Shown: positions 21,646 to 31,984 of the stretch, piece after piece | How positions within the stretch are numbered: position 1 is the first letter of the stretch | How the letters are laid out: each line of letters starts with the position of its first letter | DNA from: a virus | Lineage: Duplodnaviria > Caudoviricetes | Direction: 5' to 3' (one strand) | DNA: 64,000 bases | IMG/VR virus record: IMGVR_UViG_3300031555_001519 | Span: 32,001-96,000 of that record | The notes under the pieces: model-generated | Database searches by the model: none | Told to the model about the DNA's origin: nothing | What the model saw: only the letters and a program-made list of their open reading frames with translations | Translations under genes and position numbers: made by a program

Positions 21646-22701
21646 CTATTTAATTAATTTCATTAATTTCTCTCTTGCAGAAAGTTCTTGAGTTGCTTTT
21701 TTATTTTGTGTGGGTATAATATTATAATCGTCTTTAAATACAAATTCAGAACTAAATTGCATATCCATTTCAATTTTCTTTTTATCTTCTTGAATAGAAT
21801 CATATAAGCGATTAATTACAGTTACCGGATATTGTAAACCACTCATGAACACCATATCTGATTTTGTTTGATAACCTTGGAAAACATCTCTCCAATATCC
21901 GAATGATAATTGTAATTCATCATAATCAATCCTTACCGTCTTGCGCATGGTAGTAGATTTAATTCCACAGTAATATAATGTATTGCGTAATTCTATATCT
22001 GCAAAAATATTATTTGTAATAGCAGCTTTAATTGATGGAGTAATATCTGCTTGTGTTGGTTTGCGTACAAAATGATTAAGTACTCCATATCCCTTTTGTT
22101 CTAACATTGCACAAATCTCTGAATAATCATATATGCCATCAATAGAAGTGGACACATCAGATATAAGTGAATATATTAAATTGGCAAGTGTTTCATTACT
22201 TCTAACAAAATTAGATTCTTTATTATTATCAACAATGAATACAGTATGTTGAGCACATCCGAATAATTCTTTTAACAATTCATATGAATTAGTCTTTGCT
22301 TGTAATGACTCTGATAAACTTGGGATAGTAATAACTGGAATAACAATTTTCCCAAGTTCGTTTTCTAATAACTCTGTCATCAACGCACACATTCCGGAAG
22401 AAGTACCACCACCAGTAGAACCAAATAAGAATACATATTTACCAGTTAAATAGCGTTCTATATGTTTTAAGATGTCTTCATAATTATGTGCTAAATAAGC
22501 CTTAGATACATTTCTATCTTTATGACAACCAATTGCGCCTTTAACATGATAGTAGTGCATATCTTGTAATCCTAAACTATTCAAATCTTCCATAGCAGAG
22601 TTAATATAAAAACTTGCTAAATTATATTTTTTAAAAGCTGCAACTTGATTTCCACCACAAGCGCCAATTCCTAATAATCCAAAATCTTTTAAATCATGCA
22701 T
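21646..22701 (-). CDS. tubZ: TubZ tubulin/FtsZ-like partition GTPase
   Basis: GIGACGGN, INSA..DL, GCHKDR, tubulin signature GGGTSSG, VDN. Confidence 0.85.
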   Translation of the reverse strand: MHDLKDFGLLGIGACGGNQVAAFKKYNLASFYINSAMEDLNSLGLQDMHYYHVKGAIGCHKDRNVSKAYLAHNYEDILKHIERYLTGKYVFLFGSTGGGTSSGMCALMTELLENELGKIVIPVITIPSLSESLQAKTNSYELLKELFGCAQHTVFIVDNNKESNFVRSNETLANLIYSLISDVSTSIDGIYDYSEICAMLEQKGYGVLNHFVRKPTQADITPSIKAAITNNIFADIELRNTLYYCGIKSTTMRKTVRIDYDELQLSFGYWRDVFQGYQTKSDMVFMSGLQYPVTVINRLYDSIQEDKKKIEMDMQFSSEFVFKDDYNIIPTQNKKATQELSAREKLMKLIK

Positions 22702-22703
22702 AA

Positions 22704-22964
22704 TTAAACCCCCTTAATTAAATTAATACCATCTTCAGTAATGTAATACATTTTTTGTTTCCCATAATTCCCTGATTGGCACACTAACTGTTTATTAATT
22801 AATTTTGATAAATGTTTCCAAACACAAGCTCTTTTTACTTCGGTGATATTCATTTCTTTAATTGTCAACCCAAGTATGTGATTTGTTGCGCCATTAGAAT
22901 CCAAGGAGCTTAAAATAAGATAGTCAATTCTGGAAAGTTCCGTTTGGTTCTTTGCTGTTCCCAT
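22704..22964 (-). CDS. tubR: TubR-like winged-helix centromere-binding protein
   Basis: 86-aa wHTH (..YYITEDG) directly upstream of tubZ and overlapping the phased repeats. Confidence 0.7.
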   Translation of the reverse strand: MGTAKNQTELSRIDYLILSSLDSNGATNHILGLTIKEMNITEVKRACVWKHLSKLINKQLVCQSGNYGKQKMYYITEDGINLIKGV

Positions 22965-23031
22965 GTGTTCCCTCCTTTTCTTTGTGGTTCCAAAGTGTTA
23001 TAAAGTGTTACAAAGTGTTCCTTTGATGTTC
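22921..23031. repeat. tubC-like centromere of phased 10-bp units
   Basis: Ten consecutive 10-mers ending TTC/TTA (mostly GTTC), including caaagtgtta taaagtgtta caaagtgttc. Confidence 0.75.
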
Positions 23032-23033
23032 AT

Positions 23034-23062
23034 ATTATAAACAGTAATGTTCATAAAGTCAA
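23034..23062 (-). promoter_or_regulatory. sigma-A promoter of the tubR-tubZ-rep operon
   Basis: - strand TTGACT (23062-23057), 17 bp, TATAAT (23039-23034). Confidence 0.75.
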
Positions 23063-23113
23063 CAGATATATTTTTTATTTTATGATATAATATAAATGGA
23101 AGGAGAGAAGAGT

Positions 23114-23311
23114 ATGGAAGTTAATTATGATAAATTGTTTGCATATATGTTCAAAAACAATATAAGTAAAAGTGCATTGGCTGAAAAGGCAGGAATTAGC
23201 AGAAATACAATTATAAAAATGACAAAAGGCGAGCCGGTACATTTATCTGTAATAATGGCAATTTGTGAAGCGTATGGCCTACCATTAACTGATGTAATCC
23301 AAGAAAAATAA
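23114..23311 (+). CDS. Cro/C1-type HTH regulator
   Basis: YDKL..SKSALAEKAGISRNTIIKM..GEPV..ICE; AGGAG RBS before ATG 23114. Confidence 0.8.
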   Translation: MEVNYDKLFAYMFKNNISKSALAEKAGISRNTIIKMTKGEPVHLSVIMAICEAYGLPLTDVIQEK

Positions 23312-23345
23312 AAAAAGGGGACTACTCGTTTGAGTAATCCCCTAA
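23311..23345. terminator. terminator ending the - strand late operon
   Basis: AGGGGACTACTC-GTTT-GAGTAATCCCCT hairpin with an A tract on the + strand. Confidence 0.7.
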
Positions 23346-23349
23346 TATT

Positions 23350-24678
23350 TCATTCAGACAAATCTAATAACATATTATACTCATCTTCAGAAATAATCTT
23401 TAAAGCCCATTCTTTAGGACAATGCATTTTAAATCTTTTATTAATATTATTCTTCTTATGATACATGTTCCATAAATAAACATTAGCTAAAGAACGTGCT
23501 TTATGCATTTCACAAATATGAGTAACACGCTTATCTGCTGAACCTGTTTCTTGATAATTATTTGCACTACACCAAGCACAACCTTCAGCAATAGGGCAGT
23601 AGAAGCACTCATCAGTGCTTTGAGTTCTTCTATCAATGCAGTTCAAACATTTAATACATTTCTGTTCACATTTTTTAGACGCAATTCCGGTATTAACACT
23701 GCCAATTCTTAAGGGCTTACGAGAACTTCCTAACGAACTTTCCATATATCTGATGCATGGGTATAAATATCCATCCGGATCACAAGATAACATAAACCCA
23801 GTACCACCACACCAATTCTGCAAATCATTTTCATCCTTAGGCTTAAAGAAAATTTCTTCAAATAAAGAACAATAAGTATTGCCAACTAAGTCATTATCTA
23901 CAAAGTAGTCAGCTATCTTTTTTAACTGTTTATAAAACTCAATTGCATGTTCTTGTTCCCAACCTTTTTCATAAACACAATTTGCATTAATATCTAAATA
24001 CCCTAATTCAACCATATGTATAATTGCATCATAAAGATAGTTTATATTACCAGGTGCAATAGTAATTTTACTCCCCATATAATTACCTTTTTCAATCCAG
24101 TCATTAGCACCAGCAATAGCAATATCATAACTAGGACTTCCATTAGGAAATACTCTGCATGAATCATGCAATTCTTTATTACCATCTATTGTAATAGAGA
24201 AAGACATGTGTTCTTTATTTTTATTTAAAAAATTCTGAACTTTTTCATCAAAGTAAAGAACACCATTTGAGCAAATGCTAATGCAATAATTGGTTGCCCA
24301 TGGATGCATTAATTCAATAGCTCGAACTCTAAAATAGTCTACAATCTGGTCTATTAATTCTACTTCAAGAAATGGTTCTCCACCTATAAACTCAAGTACA
24401 ATTGCTGGAGAAGTATCAGTATTTATATATTCTTTAAATCCTTTTTCACCAGATAGAAGAAGGTCTATAAATTTTTTAGCAATGTCAAAAGACATTCTTC
24501 TTTTACCTTTATTAATTTGATAACAGTATGTACATGCAAGATTACATGCGTCTGTCACTTGAAATGTTACAGTTCTTGATAATATTCTTTCCTTTTGATT
24601 CTCTGACAATGTTTCAGGATACAATCTTGCGATCATATCCTGCCATTGTTCCATACGTCTTAACTTTTTCTCTGACAT
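23350..24678 (-). CDS. radical SAM/SPASM peptide maturase, CXXX-repeat target type
   Basis: CNLACTYC, FIGGEPFL, SITIDG, SPASM WCGG..GYLYPC..CFYCPIAEGCAWC. Confidence 0.88.
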   Translation of the reverse strand: MSEKKLRRMEQWQDMIARLYPETLSENQKERILSRTVTFQVTDACNLACTYCYQINKGKRRMSFDIAKKFIDLLLSGEKGFKEYINTDTSPAIVLEFIGGEPFLEVELIDQIVDYFRVRAIELMHPWATNYCISICSNGVLYFDEKVQNFLNKNKEHMSFSITIDGNKELHDSCRVFPNGSPSYDIAIAGANDWIEKGNYMGSKITIAPGNINYLYDAIIHMVELGYLDINANCVYEKGWEQEHAIEFYKQLKKIADYFVDNDLVGNTYCSLFEEIFFKPKDENDLQNWCGGTGFMLSCDPDGYLYPCIRYMESSLGSSRKPLRIGSVNTGIASKKCEQKCIKCLNCIDRRTQSTDECFYCPIAEGCAWCSANNYQETGSADKRVTHICEMHKARSLANVYLWNMYHKKNNINKRFKMHCPKEWALKIISEDEYNMLLDLSE

Positions 24679-24689
24679 AAAAACTCCCT

Positions 24690-25043
24690 TTACTCTGTTA
24701 TTTCTTCGTCTAATGCTTTAATTCCACATTCGCATAACACATCAATTGTCATTTCATTTGTTTGAAAATCTATTGCCCAATTATATTGATGTTTGCCATA
24801 TAAGATTTCTGGTACATATAATTTTTCTACTTCTATTTTGGCAACTTCAAATTCTGCGTTAATCCTAGATAACTCCTCTGAATATTTTAAAAATGGTTTA
24901 CTTACAAACAAACTATCATCCGCATCATTCTTGTGTGACTCGATTAGTTTTGCTATTACTTCCTCCCTAGTTTTTACCTCAAACTGTAATCTCTGAATAT
25001 AGTTAATCATTTCCTGTTCAATATTTACTTTAATTGTTTTCAT
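24690..25043 (-). CDS. CXXX-repeat modification system accessory protein (probable)
   Basis: 117 aa between precursor and maturase; ends ..QYNWAIDFQTNEM; called mainly from context. Confidence 0.55.
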   Translation of the reverse strand: MKTIKVNIEQEMINYIQRLQFEVKTREEVIAKLIESHKNDADDSLFVSKPFLKYSEELSRINAEFEVAKIEVEKLYVPEILYGKHQYNWAIDFQTNEMTIDVLCECGIKALDEEITE

Positions 25044-25080
25044 TTATAAAATCTCCTTTTATTATTTTTATGTTAAATTG

Positions 25081-26214
25081 TTAAGCAATTCCAGTTGCAC
25101 TACCAAAACATTGTGAAGTACAAGAGGAGTAGCAAGTGGAACTACATGTGCTACTGCAAGAGTTTTGGCAACCAGTTTGACATGAACTACTACAGTTTGA
25201 ACCACAGCTTCCGCCACAGCTACTACATCCACTACAACCTGAGCATCCTTCACATGAGCTTGTACAACCTGAACAACCTAAGCATCCACTTGTGCATCCT
25301 GTACACCCCAAATAGCAACTTGAGCCACATCCGGCTGTACATGCAGTACAACTAGAACATCCTGTACAGCTTCCACTACATCCTGCACATGATGAACCAC
25401 ATGAATACAAACACATACCTGTACATGTACCAACACATCCACCACATCCTGAGCATCCATTACAACTTGCAGCACAGTCACTACACGAAGACCAGCTATT
25501 ATTATTACAAGTAGCACTACACGAATTACCACACGATGAAGAACAGTTTCCGGTACAAGAGTTGCAACCAGAGCTACACCCTCTACTACAAGTACCAGAA
25601 CACGAACCTGTACAAGCAGCTCCACATGAGGAACCACAGTCGCCACATGATGTACATCCTGTACAACCACTACATTTTGACATACAAGAATACCCACATG
25701 TTCCAGTACAGCTAATACATCCACCAGAACATTGTGAATCACAGGAGCCACCACAACCAGAACAAGATCCACAGGCATTACCACAGCCCCCACATCCAGA
25801 ACAACCTGAAGAACAACCTGAGCATCCACTACAAGTTCCACTGCAACCACTACAAACACTAAAGCATGTACCGACACATAATCCAGTACACGCCCCTCTG
25901 CATGATGAAGAGGCACCCGTTGTAGATTCTTTTGCTAAGTTGTCAACATAAGTTAATAAACTTGAAGTGATATTTTTATCTGGAATGGGTTCGCCTTTCA
26001 CTACATTTTTTAAACCACTTATGTCTTTTATTTTTAATAGTAAATCAATTGTTTTTTGTCCTTGTTCAGCATATATTTTACTCCCTGAACTTGGTGTGTT
26101 TGAAAAATCATACGTGGATGTAGCATATGTACTTAAAGAACCATAACCTGACCTTCTTGCCATTTCTGCTTTTACTTTTGATTTTAAAGATATCAATTCT
26201 TGTGCTGTTATCAT
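25081..26214 (-). CDS. giant Cys-rich CxxC/CxxxC repeat protein, probable radical SAM substrate
   Basis: ~105-aa Cys-free N-terminus, then 73 Cys (hand count) spaced almost always 3-4 residues apart among S/G/T. Confidence 0.85.
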   Translation of the reverse strand: MITAQELISLKSKVKAEMARRSGYGSLSTYATSTYDFSNTPSSGSKIYAEQGQKTIDLLLKIKDISGLKNVVKGEPIPDKNITSSLLTYVDNLAKESTTGASSSCRGACTGLCVGTCFSVCSGCSGTCSGCSGCSSGCSGCGGCGNACGSCSGCGGSCDSQCSGGCISCTGTCGYSCMSKCSGCTGCTSCGDCGSSCGAACTGSCSGTCSRGCSSGCNSCTGNCSSSCGNSCSATCNNNSWSSCSDCAASCNGCSGCGGCVGTCTGMCLYSCGSSCAGCSGSCTGCSSCTACTAGCGSSCYLGCTGCTSGCLGCSGCTSSCEGCSGCSGCSSCGGSCGSNCSSSCQTGCQNSCSSTCSSTCYSSCTSQCFGSATGIA

Positions 26215-26229
26215 TTATCCACCTCCTTA

Positions 26230-26745
26230 TTAAGACCATGTTCCATAACCAGTACCTACAACTCCTAATACAGTTTTACCGGCAACAAGCTTGTCTGCTG
26301 TGAGTCCAATTGCGCTTGCTAATGCAGAATAAGATACATACACATATGCATTTGTATCATAATATCCTGAAGCAGGTATTTGTAATCTTACTCTACTGTT
26401 TGTAGTATCCAAAGATGAAACAGCAGATGTATTTGAACTTGCTTTATTGGCCATCGTACCGGTAATTTTTATATCATTAACATAAGCAGTATAACCGGAT
26501 AGAATATTACTTGCAGTTGCAGTAGCATCGGAAGTTTTTACTCCTGTTTGAATAACCATAATATTCTCAGCCATTGTAGCAAATGTAGCTGTTGCATCTG
26601 TAGCAACACCTTTGTCAGTAATAGCAGATGCAACTACTTTTTTTCCATTACTGACAGATTGAAAAAGTTCATTATACTTCGTATCTATGTAAGATTTTGC
26701 TTTTTGCCAGAAATATAACAAACCATCATGAGTTAAAAATTTCAT
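26230..26745 (-). CDS. tail fibre-associated protein (module B)
   Basis: FQSVSNGK..VASAITDKGV and DATATASNILSGYTAYVN motifs typical of Firmicutes phage fibres. Confidence 0.6.
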   Translation of the reverse strand: MKFLTHDGLLYFWQKAKSYIDTKYNELFQSVSNGKKVVASAITDKGVATDATATFATMAENIMVIQTGVKTSDATATASNILSGYTAYVNDIKITGTMANKASSNTSAVSSLDTTNSRVRLQIPASGYYDTNAYVYVSYSALASAIGLTADKLVAGKTVLGVVGTGYGTWS

Positions 26746-26759
26746 AATTAGTCCCCCTT

Positions 26760-27566
26760 TTATACAATAATTTCATCAATTTCTGTATTCGTAATCGCTA
26801 CAATTCCCAATGCACTTTCATCGATAGTTATTGTTACTGCATTAGAACCATCATATGAAGTTGTAGTACCGTTAATATCAAATGATAATGCGGTTGGATT
26901 TTTTAATGTAGTTGGGAAATTTGTTATATCAGATAATATATGAGTGTGGATAGAGGGGATATATTCTGATGGCTTTCCTGTAATACCACTCCAATCAACA
27001 GAAGTAGCAGTACCAGCAGTATATTGCTCATAACCATTTTCTACTGTTAATTGAGTATCATCTATTACAAAGTACATCAATCCGGTTTCATTTACTTTTA
27101 CAGTATCACCTTTTTGAACATCATTTATTGTTAATGAAAACCTATCCATATCTGTTGCAACTACGACAAGTCTTTCTAATGCACCGACAGGCAATCTTGC
27201 AATATCAATAGTACCAGTTAATTTAGTGGCATCTAAGCTTATAATATCTGCATCCGTATGATTATGAATTATTTTTGCGGCATCGGTAATTCCATATTCA
27301 TTTAAAGTAGTTGGGTTACTACCACTTATGATATGTCCGTTTATATCAACGGTAACTTTTGTATAATCACCTGTCTCTACACCGCTTGTTGGATGAATAT
27401 ATTTGTTTGCACCTTCTTCAATTTCTGTTAATTTATTTTTCTCCTCAGTGGTATAATCATTTGTACTTAAATCTTTACCATCAACTTTATCTACTTTAGT
27501 TAACATTCTTGTTTTAATTTGTTCCCACAAATAAGTAAGACCGTTCATATCCAAATATTTAGCCAT
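26760..27566 (-). CDS. fibre protein (module B)
   Basis: YLDMNGLTYLW, KVDKVDGKDLSTNDYT, YTKVTVD..GH, HxH motifs, VDWSGITGKP. Confidence 0.65.
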   Translation of the reverse strand: MAKYLDMNGLTYLWEQIKTRMLTKVDKVDGKDLSTNDYTTEEKNKLTEIEEGANKYIHPTSGVETGDYTKVTVDINGHIISGSNPTTLNEYGITDAAKIIHNHTDADIISLDATKLTGTIDIARLPVGALERLVVVATDMDRFSLTINDVQKGDTVKVNETGLMYFVIDDTQLTVENGYEQYTAGTATSVDWSGITGKPSEYIPSIHTHILSDITNFPTTLKNPTALSFDINGTTTSYDGSNAVTITIDESALGIVAITNTEIDEIIV

Positions 27567-27583
27567 AGTACATCTGCCTCCTA

Positions 27584-28345
27584 TTAATTATTTAAAACAT
27601 TATCAATTTCTTCCCTTGAAATGCTACTATTATCATTTTCACCAACACCTGCGTCATCATCTGCTAAAGATGCAGTACCATCAATAATTTTATCTATTTC
27701 TTCGTTTTTTATTTTTATAGAACCTAATAAAATATTCATTGATAAAACAGGAGTCCAAACAGGAGATGTATCATTTGGAAAATAACCAATATTATCATAA
27801 TTTGCAGTCCATAAAACATTATTACTGCTTACTAGGTCATATTGATAATATTGTGTAAATCCGTTCCACTCACCCCTTGGCGTTAATCCAAATCCAGATT
27901 CACCTTGGTCTCCACGAATAACTCTTGGAACCCAATAGGTTGTATTAGTTGGTGCAACTCCGATTGGCGTATCATCCCTTAAACATTCATAAGTTTGGAC
28001 AATATCACCTACTGTGTGAGTTACAAAATTATATTTCACATACTTAGACGCTGCGTTCCATTCTCCTTTATGAACTACAGTTTCGTGAATATAAGCCTGA
28101 ATATTATTCAAAAACAAGTCCTCAATTTCTTCCACTGTTTTAGTTACGTTGTTCATATAAACGCTATCAATAATACATTTTTTCAACTCGGCATTATTTT
28201 GTAGAAGAGTAGTAGCATTAGCAAATTGTCCATTGGCAATATGAGTATTAAATTGTTTCCAGTCGTTATATACACTACTTGATACATCAGTTTTCAAATC
28301 AAATCTTTGTACACTATCTGGAAAAGTTGTATAAGCATTTGCCAT
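27584..28345 (-). CDS. baseplate/tail protein with short carbohydrate-binding-like repeats (module B)
   Basis: Two (K/R)GEWN..Y..Y(N/D)(F/L)V..P..W repeats. Confidence 0.55.
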   Translation of the reverse strand: MANAYTTFPDSVQRFDLKTDVSSSVYNDWKQFNTHIANGQFANATTLLQNNAELKKCIIDSVYMNNVTKTVEEIEDLFLNNIQAYIHETVVHKGEWNAASKYVKYNFVTHTVGDIVQTYECLRDDTPIGVAPTNTTYWVPRVIRGDQGESGFGLTPRGEWNGFTQYYQYDLVSSNNVLWTANYDNIGYFPNDTSPVWTPVLSMNILLGSIKIKNEEIDKIIDGTASLADDDAGVGENDNSSISREEIDNVLNN

Positions 28346-28356
28346 ATTTTTCCCTC

Positions 28357-29769
28357 CTAACTGTACGGATCTTGGTCATAAAAAAGAACCATAGATACAT
28401 CTATGATTCCTCCAATCGTTGATCCGGTTATTTGTTTTATTACATATCTTTTTGTATCTTTAGTAGTGTAAGATTGATATTCTATCAACCAATTAACATC
28501 AAGCCATGGTATATCAATCATATTTATATTCGTAGTTTCTTGTAATCTACAAGCATGATATAGTTCATAATTTGCTCTGTCTTGAGCCAGCGAATTAGAA
28601 TATATCTTCTCAAATTCTCCACCGGTACATATTTTAGTCACTTCTTTAATCTTGTTCTTATGAAAAGGTGAACGTAGATTTGTTTCACTTGCTTCGGCAT
28701 ATACTTGATAAGAGCCTAATAAATAAAAATTATTATCAGCCTTCCTATACTTAAACACATTATATCCATTATTTAATGAATTTGCTTTTAATCTGTCACC
28801 ATTATCATAAGTAATGGGAAGTGCTATTCCGTTTAGGCTTAATATGGGATTTTCGCTATTTGTTTGAGGCATATAAACAGCATACTTACCAAAATTATTC
28901 AATCCATCTACCGTAGTAATAGTAGCAGTATAAGTATTAGTTGCAGCATTATATGTACATTGGTCTGTAGAATAATCTGGTTCAATTGATTGTCCCCATA
29001 CAATAATTCTGTTATAGACATCCTTAAATGAGGTATTAGACGTTTCACTAATAACTAATGGTGTGATAAACGAACTGTCCAGCATTATATTCGCACTATC
29101 TTGATGAGGGATTTTTTGAATTACAAATGTTCCATCAATATCAAAGAACATTTCAAAATAAGAGAAGAGTGATACTATTTCATTTAACGCATCATAGTAT
29201 GTTTTACTTTCATCAAATTCCATTTCGTATGGTATTTTCAAATTATCCATATCTGAAATAACAAATTTTCTAACCATTGTCTCAGATAACAATTTAACAA
29301 TAACGTCTCGAACTTTTTCACCTTCTTCAATCTTAATAGAACTTTTCAATGCGCCATTTCGTTCTCCATTTAATTCACTCATTAAATCTGAACATGACAA
29401 TGATAAAACATTGGTAGATACGTCAAAAGTGTAATTGCTATCTAACATAGTGAAAGTACCTTTAAGATATTTTATAATATTAGATGTTCTATTTTCTTTG
29501 ATTCCAATATATGGTCTTATATATTTATCCATCCATATGCGTTTATCATAACCAATTAGCATAGAAGAGTCAGTGACTAATAACTCCATAGAATAAGTTC
29601 TTCTTATTGCCGAATTTGCATCAATAGAAAATGAATCTGAAATCAATTTTCCCTCAATATAATCTATAACCTTAAAATCAGAATTAAGAAGCTCTACAAT
29701 TATAGATAGATCTTTTGTAGATTGATTTACAATATTTTTATCAGTTTGAGTGATTATCATAAATATCAC
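28357..29769 (-). CDS. tail hub/baseplate protein (DUF5048-like, module B)
   Basis: SIDANSAIRRT, CSDLMSELNG, EMFFDIDGTF, IPWLDVN. Confidence 0.6.
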   Translation of the reverse strand: MIFMIITQTDKNIVNQSTKDLSIIVELLNSDFKVIDYIEGKLISDSFSIDANSAIRRTYSMELLVTDSSMLIGYDKRIWMDKYIRPYIGIKENRTSNIIKYLKGTFTMLDSNYTFDVSTNVLSLSCSDLMSELNGERNGALKSSIKIEEGEKVRDVIVKLLSETMVRKFVISDMDNLKIPYEMEFDESKTYYDALNEIVSLFSYFEMFFDIDGTFVIQKIPHQDSANIMLDSSFITPLVISETSNTSFKDVYNRIIVWGQSIEPDYSTDQCTYNAATNTYTATITTVDGLNNFGKYAVYMPQTNSENPILSLNGIALPITYDNGDRLKANSLNNGYNVFKYRKADNNFYLLGSYQVYAEASETNLRSPFHKNKIKEVTKICTGGEFEKIYSNSLAQDRANYELYHACRLQETTNINMIDIPWLDVNWLIEYQSYTTKDTKRYVIKQITGSTIGGIIDVSMVLFYDQDPYS

Positions 29770-30653
29770 ACACCTTCCACATCAACATCTGATAGTCCGG
29801 CATTGAATAAATCTGTAGTACTATCACAATCGCCAACTTCAGTAAATACTATATTACAAACCACATTATCAGGATGACCATCAACAGTCTGAGTAATAGT
29901 ATTACCAGCACTAACTAACCATCTTTGTCCTTGGTCATCTTTAAGAACAATAGAATCATTTTCTGCTAAAAAATTCATAACTTCTCTACGATAAGCCGGA
30001 GCATTATCTATATCAAGTTCACAACCAATCATGGGAATAAAACTCGCACTCATTGAAATAGAGTCGTATTGTGATATTCCATTAGTGATTACAAAAGGTT
30101 TCTTTTTTCCTAAAGTGGTTATGAATTCTCTATTCTGATTACTTGTCACTTCTAAAGATAAATTAACAAACGCTTTATATTGTTTTGTCTGAGTACATAA
30201 ATAGCAACCGTCAAAATCTGATACCACGGTATTAGTTATATAGCTTGATTCTATATTATTTAAAACTGGAACAATTGCAAGTTCATATACTGTTTTATTA
30301 CCTTTTAGAAAATAATAAGTTCTAGCAAAATCAAAATCTTCTTCTGAATGAACCTCGTATTCATAAATAGTTGTCCACAGCGTTTTCCCATATTCACGAA
30401 CTTTAATACGCATAGAAGTTATTGCACTGATAGGGATAAGTATATTTCCGGCAAGTAAATTACCTTTAAATGTAGCCCAGAATATCGTGTTCATATCCCA
30501 TACCAAGTCACCTGGCATTTTATTATAATCAGCATTTGAACTTACATACAAATCATTTATGCAAAAATTAGTAATGTCAACAGAATATAAAGTATCGGCC
30601 TTACTTGGTTTTAAAATGTCTGAGCCAATAGATGTAGCACCTAAAAATATCAT
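29766..30653 (-). CDS. tail protein (module B, possible distal-tail role)
   Basis: Beta-rich; KKPFVITNG, VLKDDQG..W, FTEVGD; located downstream of TMP exon 3B. Confidence 0.5.
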   Translation of the reverse strand: MIFLGATSIGSDILKPSKADTLYSVDITNFCINDLYVSSNADYNKMPGDLVWDMNTIFWATFKGNLLAGNILIPISAITSMRIKVREYGKTLWTTIYEYEVHSEEDFDFARTYYFLKGNKTVYELAIVPVLNNIESSYITNTVVSDFDGCYLCTQTKQYKAFVNLSLEVTSNQNREFITTLGKKKPFVITNGISQYDSISMSASFIPMIGCELDIDNAPAYRREVMNFLAENDSIVLKDDQGQRWLVSAGNTITQTVDGHPDNVVCNIVFTEVGDCDSTTDLFNAGLSDVDVEGV

Positions 30654-31663
30654 ACGTCCACCTCCATATCAAATAAGGTGTTTTTCCTTTTTACACGTAG
30701 AACAATCTCTTGTGAATGATAGGGATTGATTCTGGTTATCATATATGTGTTATTGATATATCTTGCAATAAGTTCAAAATAATATATATCTTTATACTTA
30801 TCATATTTGTACGCAACAATTATAGATTCATCATTCCCTGATAAGTACAATATATTTGAACCTACTTCAAATCCATAACCTCGTATCAATAATGAGAAAT
30901 CATTAGAAATAACAAATCCCTTATTAAAATGAACTACATTGTTTGTTAGGTCTGCGATCTCATTATCAATATAAGTCACTTCGGATTCAGATGTGCCTTC
31001 TACCGATACAATATTAGACTTAATATATACACCACCAGTGTCATACATATTCTGAAGCTCGCATACAAAATATGTTTCGGATTTAACAAAATCAACTGAA
31101 AAACTTATTTGTCCGGTAGTTAATTGCATACCATTGATTGTTTCACCGGTAGCAATAATAATATAATGACTATTATCTTGCAAATTAGTTACTCTTACAG
31201 TGTCCAAAATATATCTAATATTTGAGTCATATACAATTGCATTTGCAGAATTATATACTCTAATCCTATAAGATTGTAATAGCTCGTCTTCTGGCTGTGA
31301 ATAAGTAATATTTACCCCATATGTTTGTGCTCTAATAATTTGGTCTGGAGCAATATTTATTTGAAAGGTTGGTGTGGTAATACAGTAGAAGAGAAGTGTA
31401 TCAGACCATTCAGAATCTTTCCCATCAACATCTGTTACTTTTACAGATGCATTATATAATGTTCCATTTCTTAATCCGGACGAAGCCGGTACAGAATGCT
31501 CAGGCCTCATTGTAAGTAACGTTTTTTCATACATAATAACATTTGTATTGTTATCTCTTATAATTAAAGTGTTACTATAAATTTGATTACCAAGCCATGA
31601 AAATTTAATAGTACTTCCATATGCAGAATCGAAGGATGGTATTAAAAATAAACTAGGTTTCAT
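30650..31663 (-). CDS. Ig/fibronectin-like tail protein (module B)
   Basis: LRNGTLYNASVKV..SEWSD and NLQDNSHY FN3-like patterns. Confidence 0.5.
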   Translation of the reverse strand: MKPSLFLIPSFDSAYGSTIKFSWLGNQIYSNTLIIRDNNTNVIMYEKTLLTMRPEHSVPASSGLRNGTLYNASVKVTDVDGKDSEWSDTLLFYCITTPTFQINIAPDQIIRAQTYGVNITYSQPEDELLQSYRIRVYNSANAIVYDSNIRYILDTVRVTNLQDNSHYIIIATGETINGMQLTTGQISFSVDFVKSETYFVCELQNMYDTGGVYIKSNIVSVEGTSESEVTYIDNEIADLTNNVVHFNKGFVISNDFSLLIRGYGFEVGSNILYLSGNDESIIVAYKYDKYKDIYYFELIARYINNTYMITRINPYHSQEIVLRVKRKNTLFDMEVDV

Positions 31664-31675
31664 AAATACCTCCTT

Positions 31676-31918
31676 TTATAATATAATTGCATTTGTCCAG
31701 TTATTTTCCGGCAATAATACGTAAACAAATTGATTAGGTTCATAGGTATTTTTACCGATAACGGTATGTTCAACATTGTCTTTTATAACTATGTACTTGT
31801 TATCCGATATTCTTGATACAACCCTACATTTGTATGTTTTATCAAACTTAGCTGTTTCAATTATTTTATTGCAAACTGCAAAGATTGTATCGGATAAAGC
31901 ATTGCTTATTTCTCGCAT
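31676..31918 (-). CDS. small tail protein (module B)
   Basis: ATG 31918 behind AGGAGG. Confidence 0.55.
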   Translation of the reverse strand: MREISNALSDTIFAVCNKIIETAKFDKTYKCRVVSRISDNKYIVIKDNVEHTVIGKNTYEPNQFVYVLLPENNWTNAIIL

Positions 31919-31942
31919 GTTATCCCTCCTTAACGAAAAAGT

Positions 31943-31981
31943 AAAAAAAGGGGCAATCATAAATTAATATGATCGCCCCTT
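31943..31981 (-). terminator. intrinsic terminator after TMP exon 3B
   Basis: - strand AGGGGCGATCATA..TATGATTGCCCCT followed by T7. Confidence 0.75.
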
Positions 31982-31984
31982 ACA

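Noticed and set aside
22921-23031. CRISPR array
   Set aside because: 10-bp units with no spacers and no cas genes; no CRISPR array was seen anywhere in the window.
25068-25951. Overlapping Val-rich and Pro/Gln/His-rich ORFs
   Set aside because: These are alternative-frame shadows of the Cys/Ser/Gly repeat gene.
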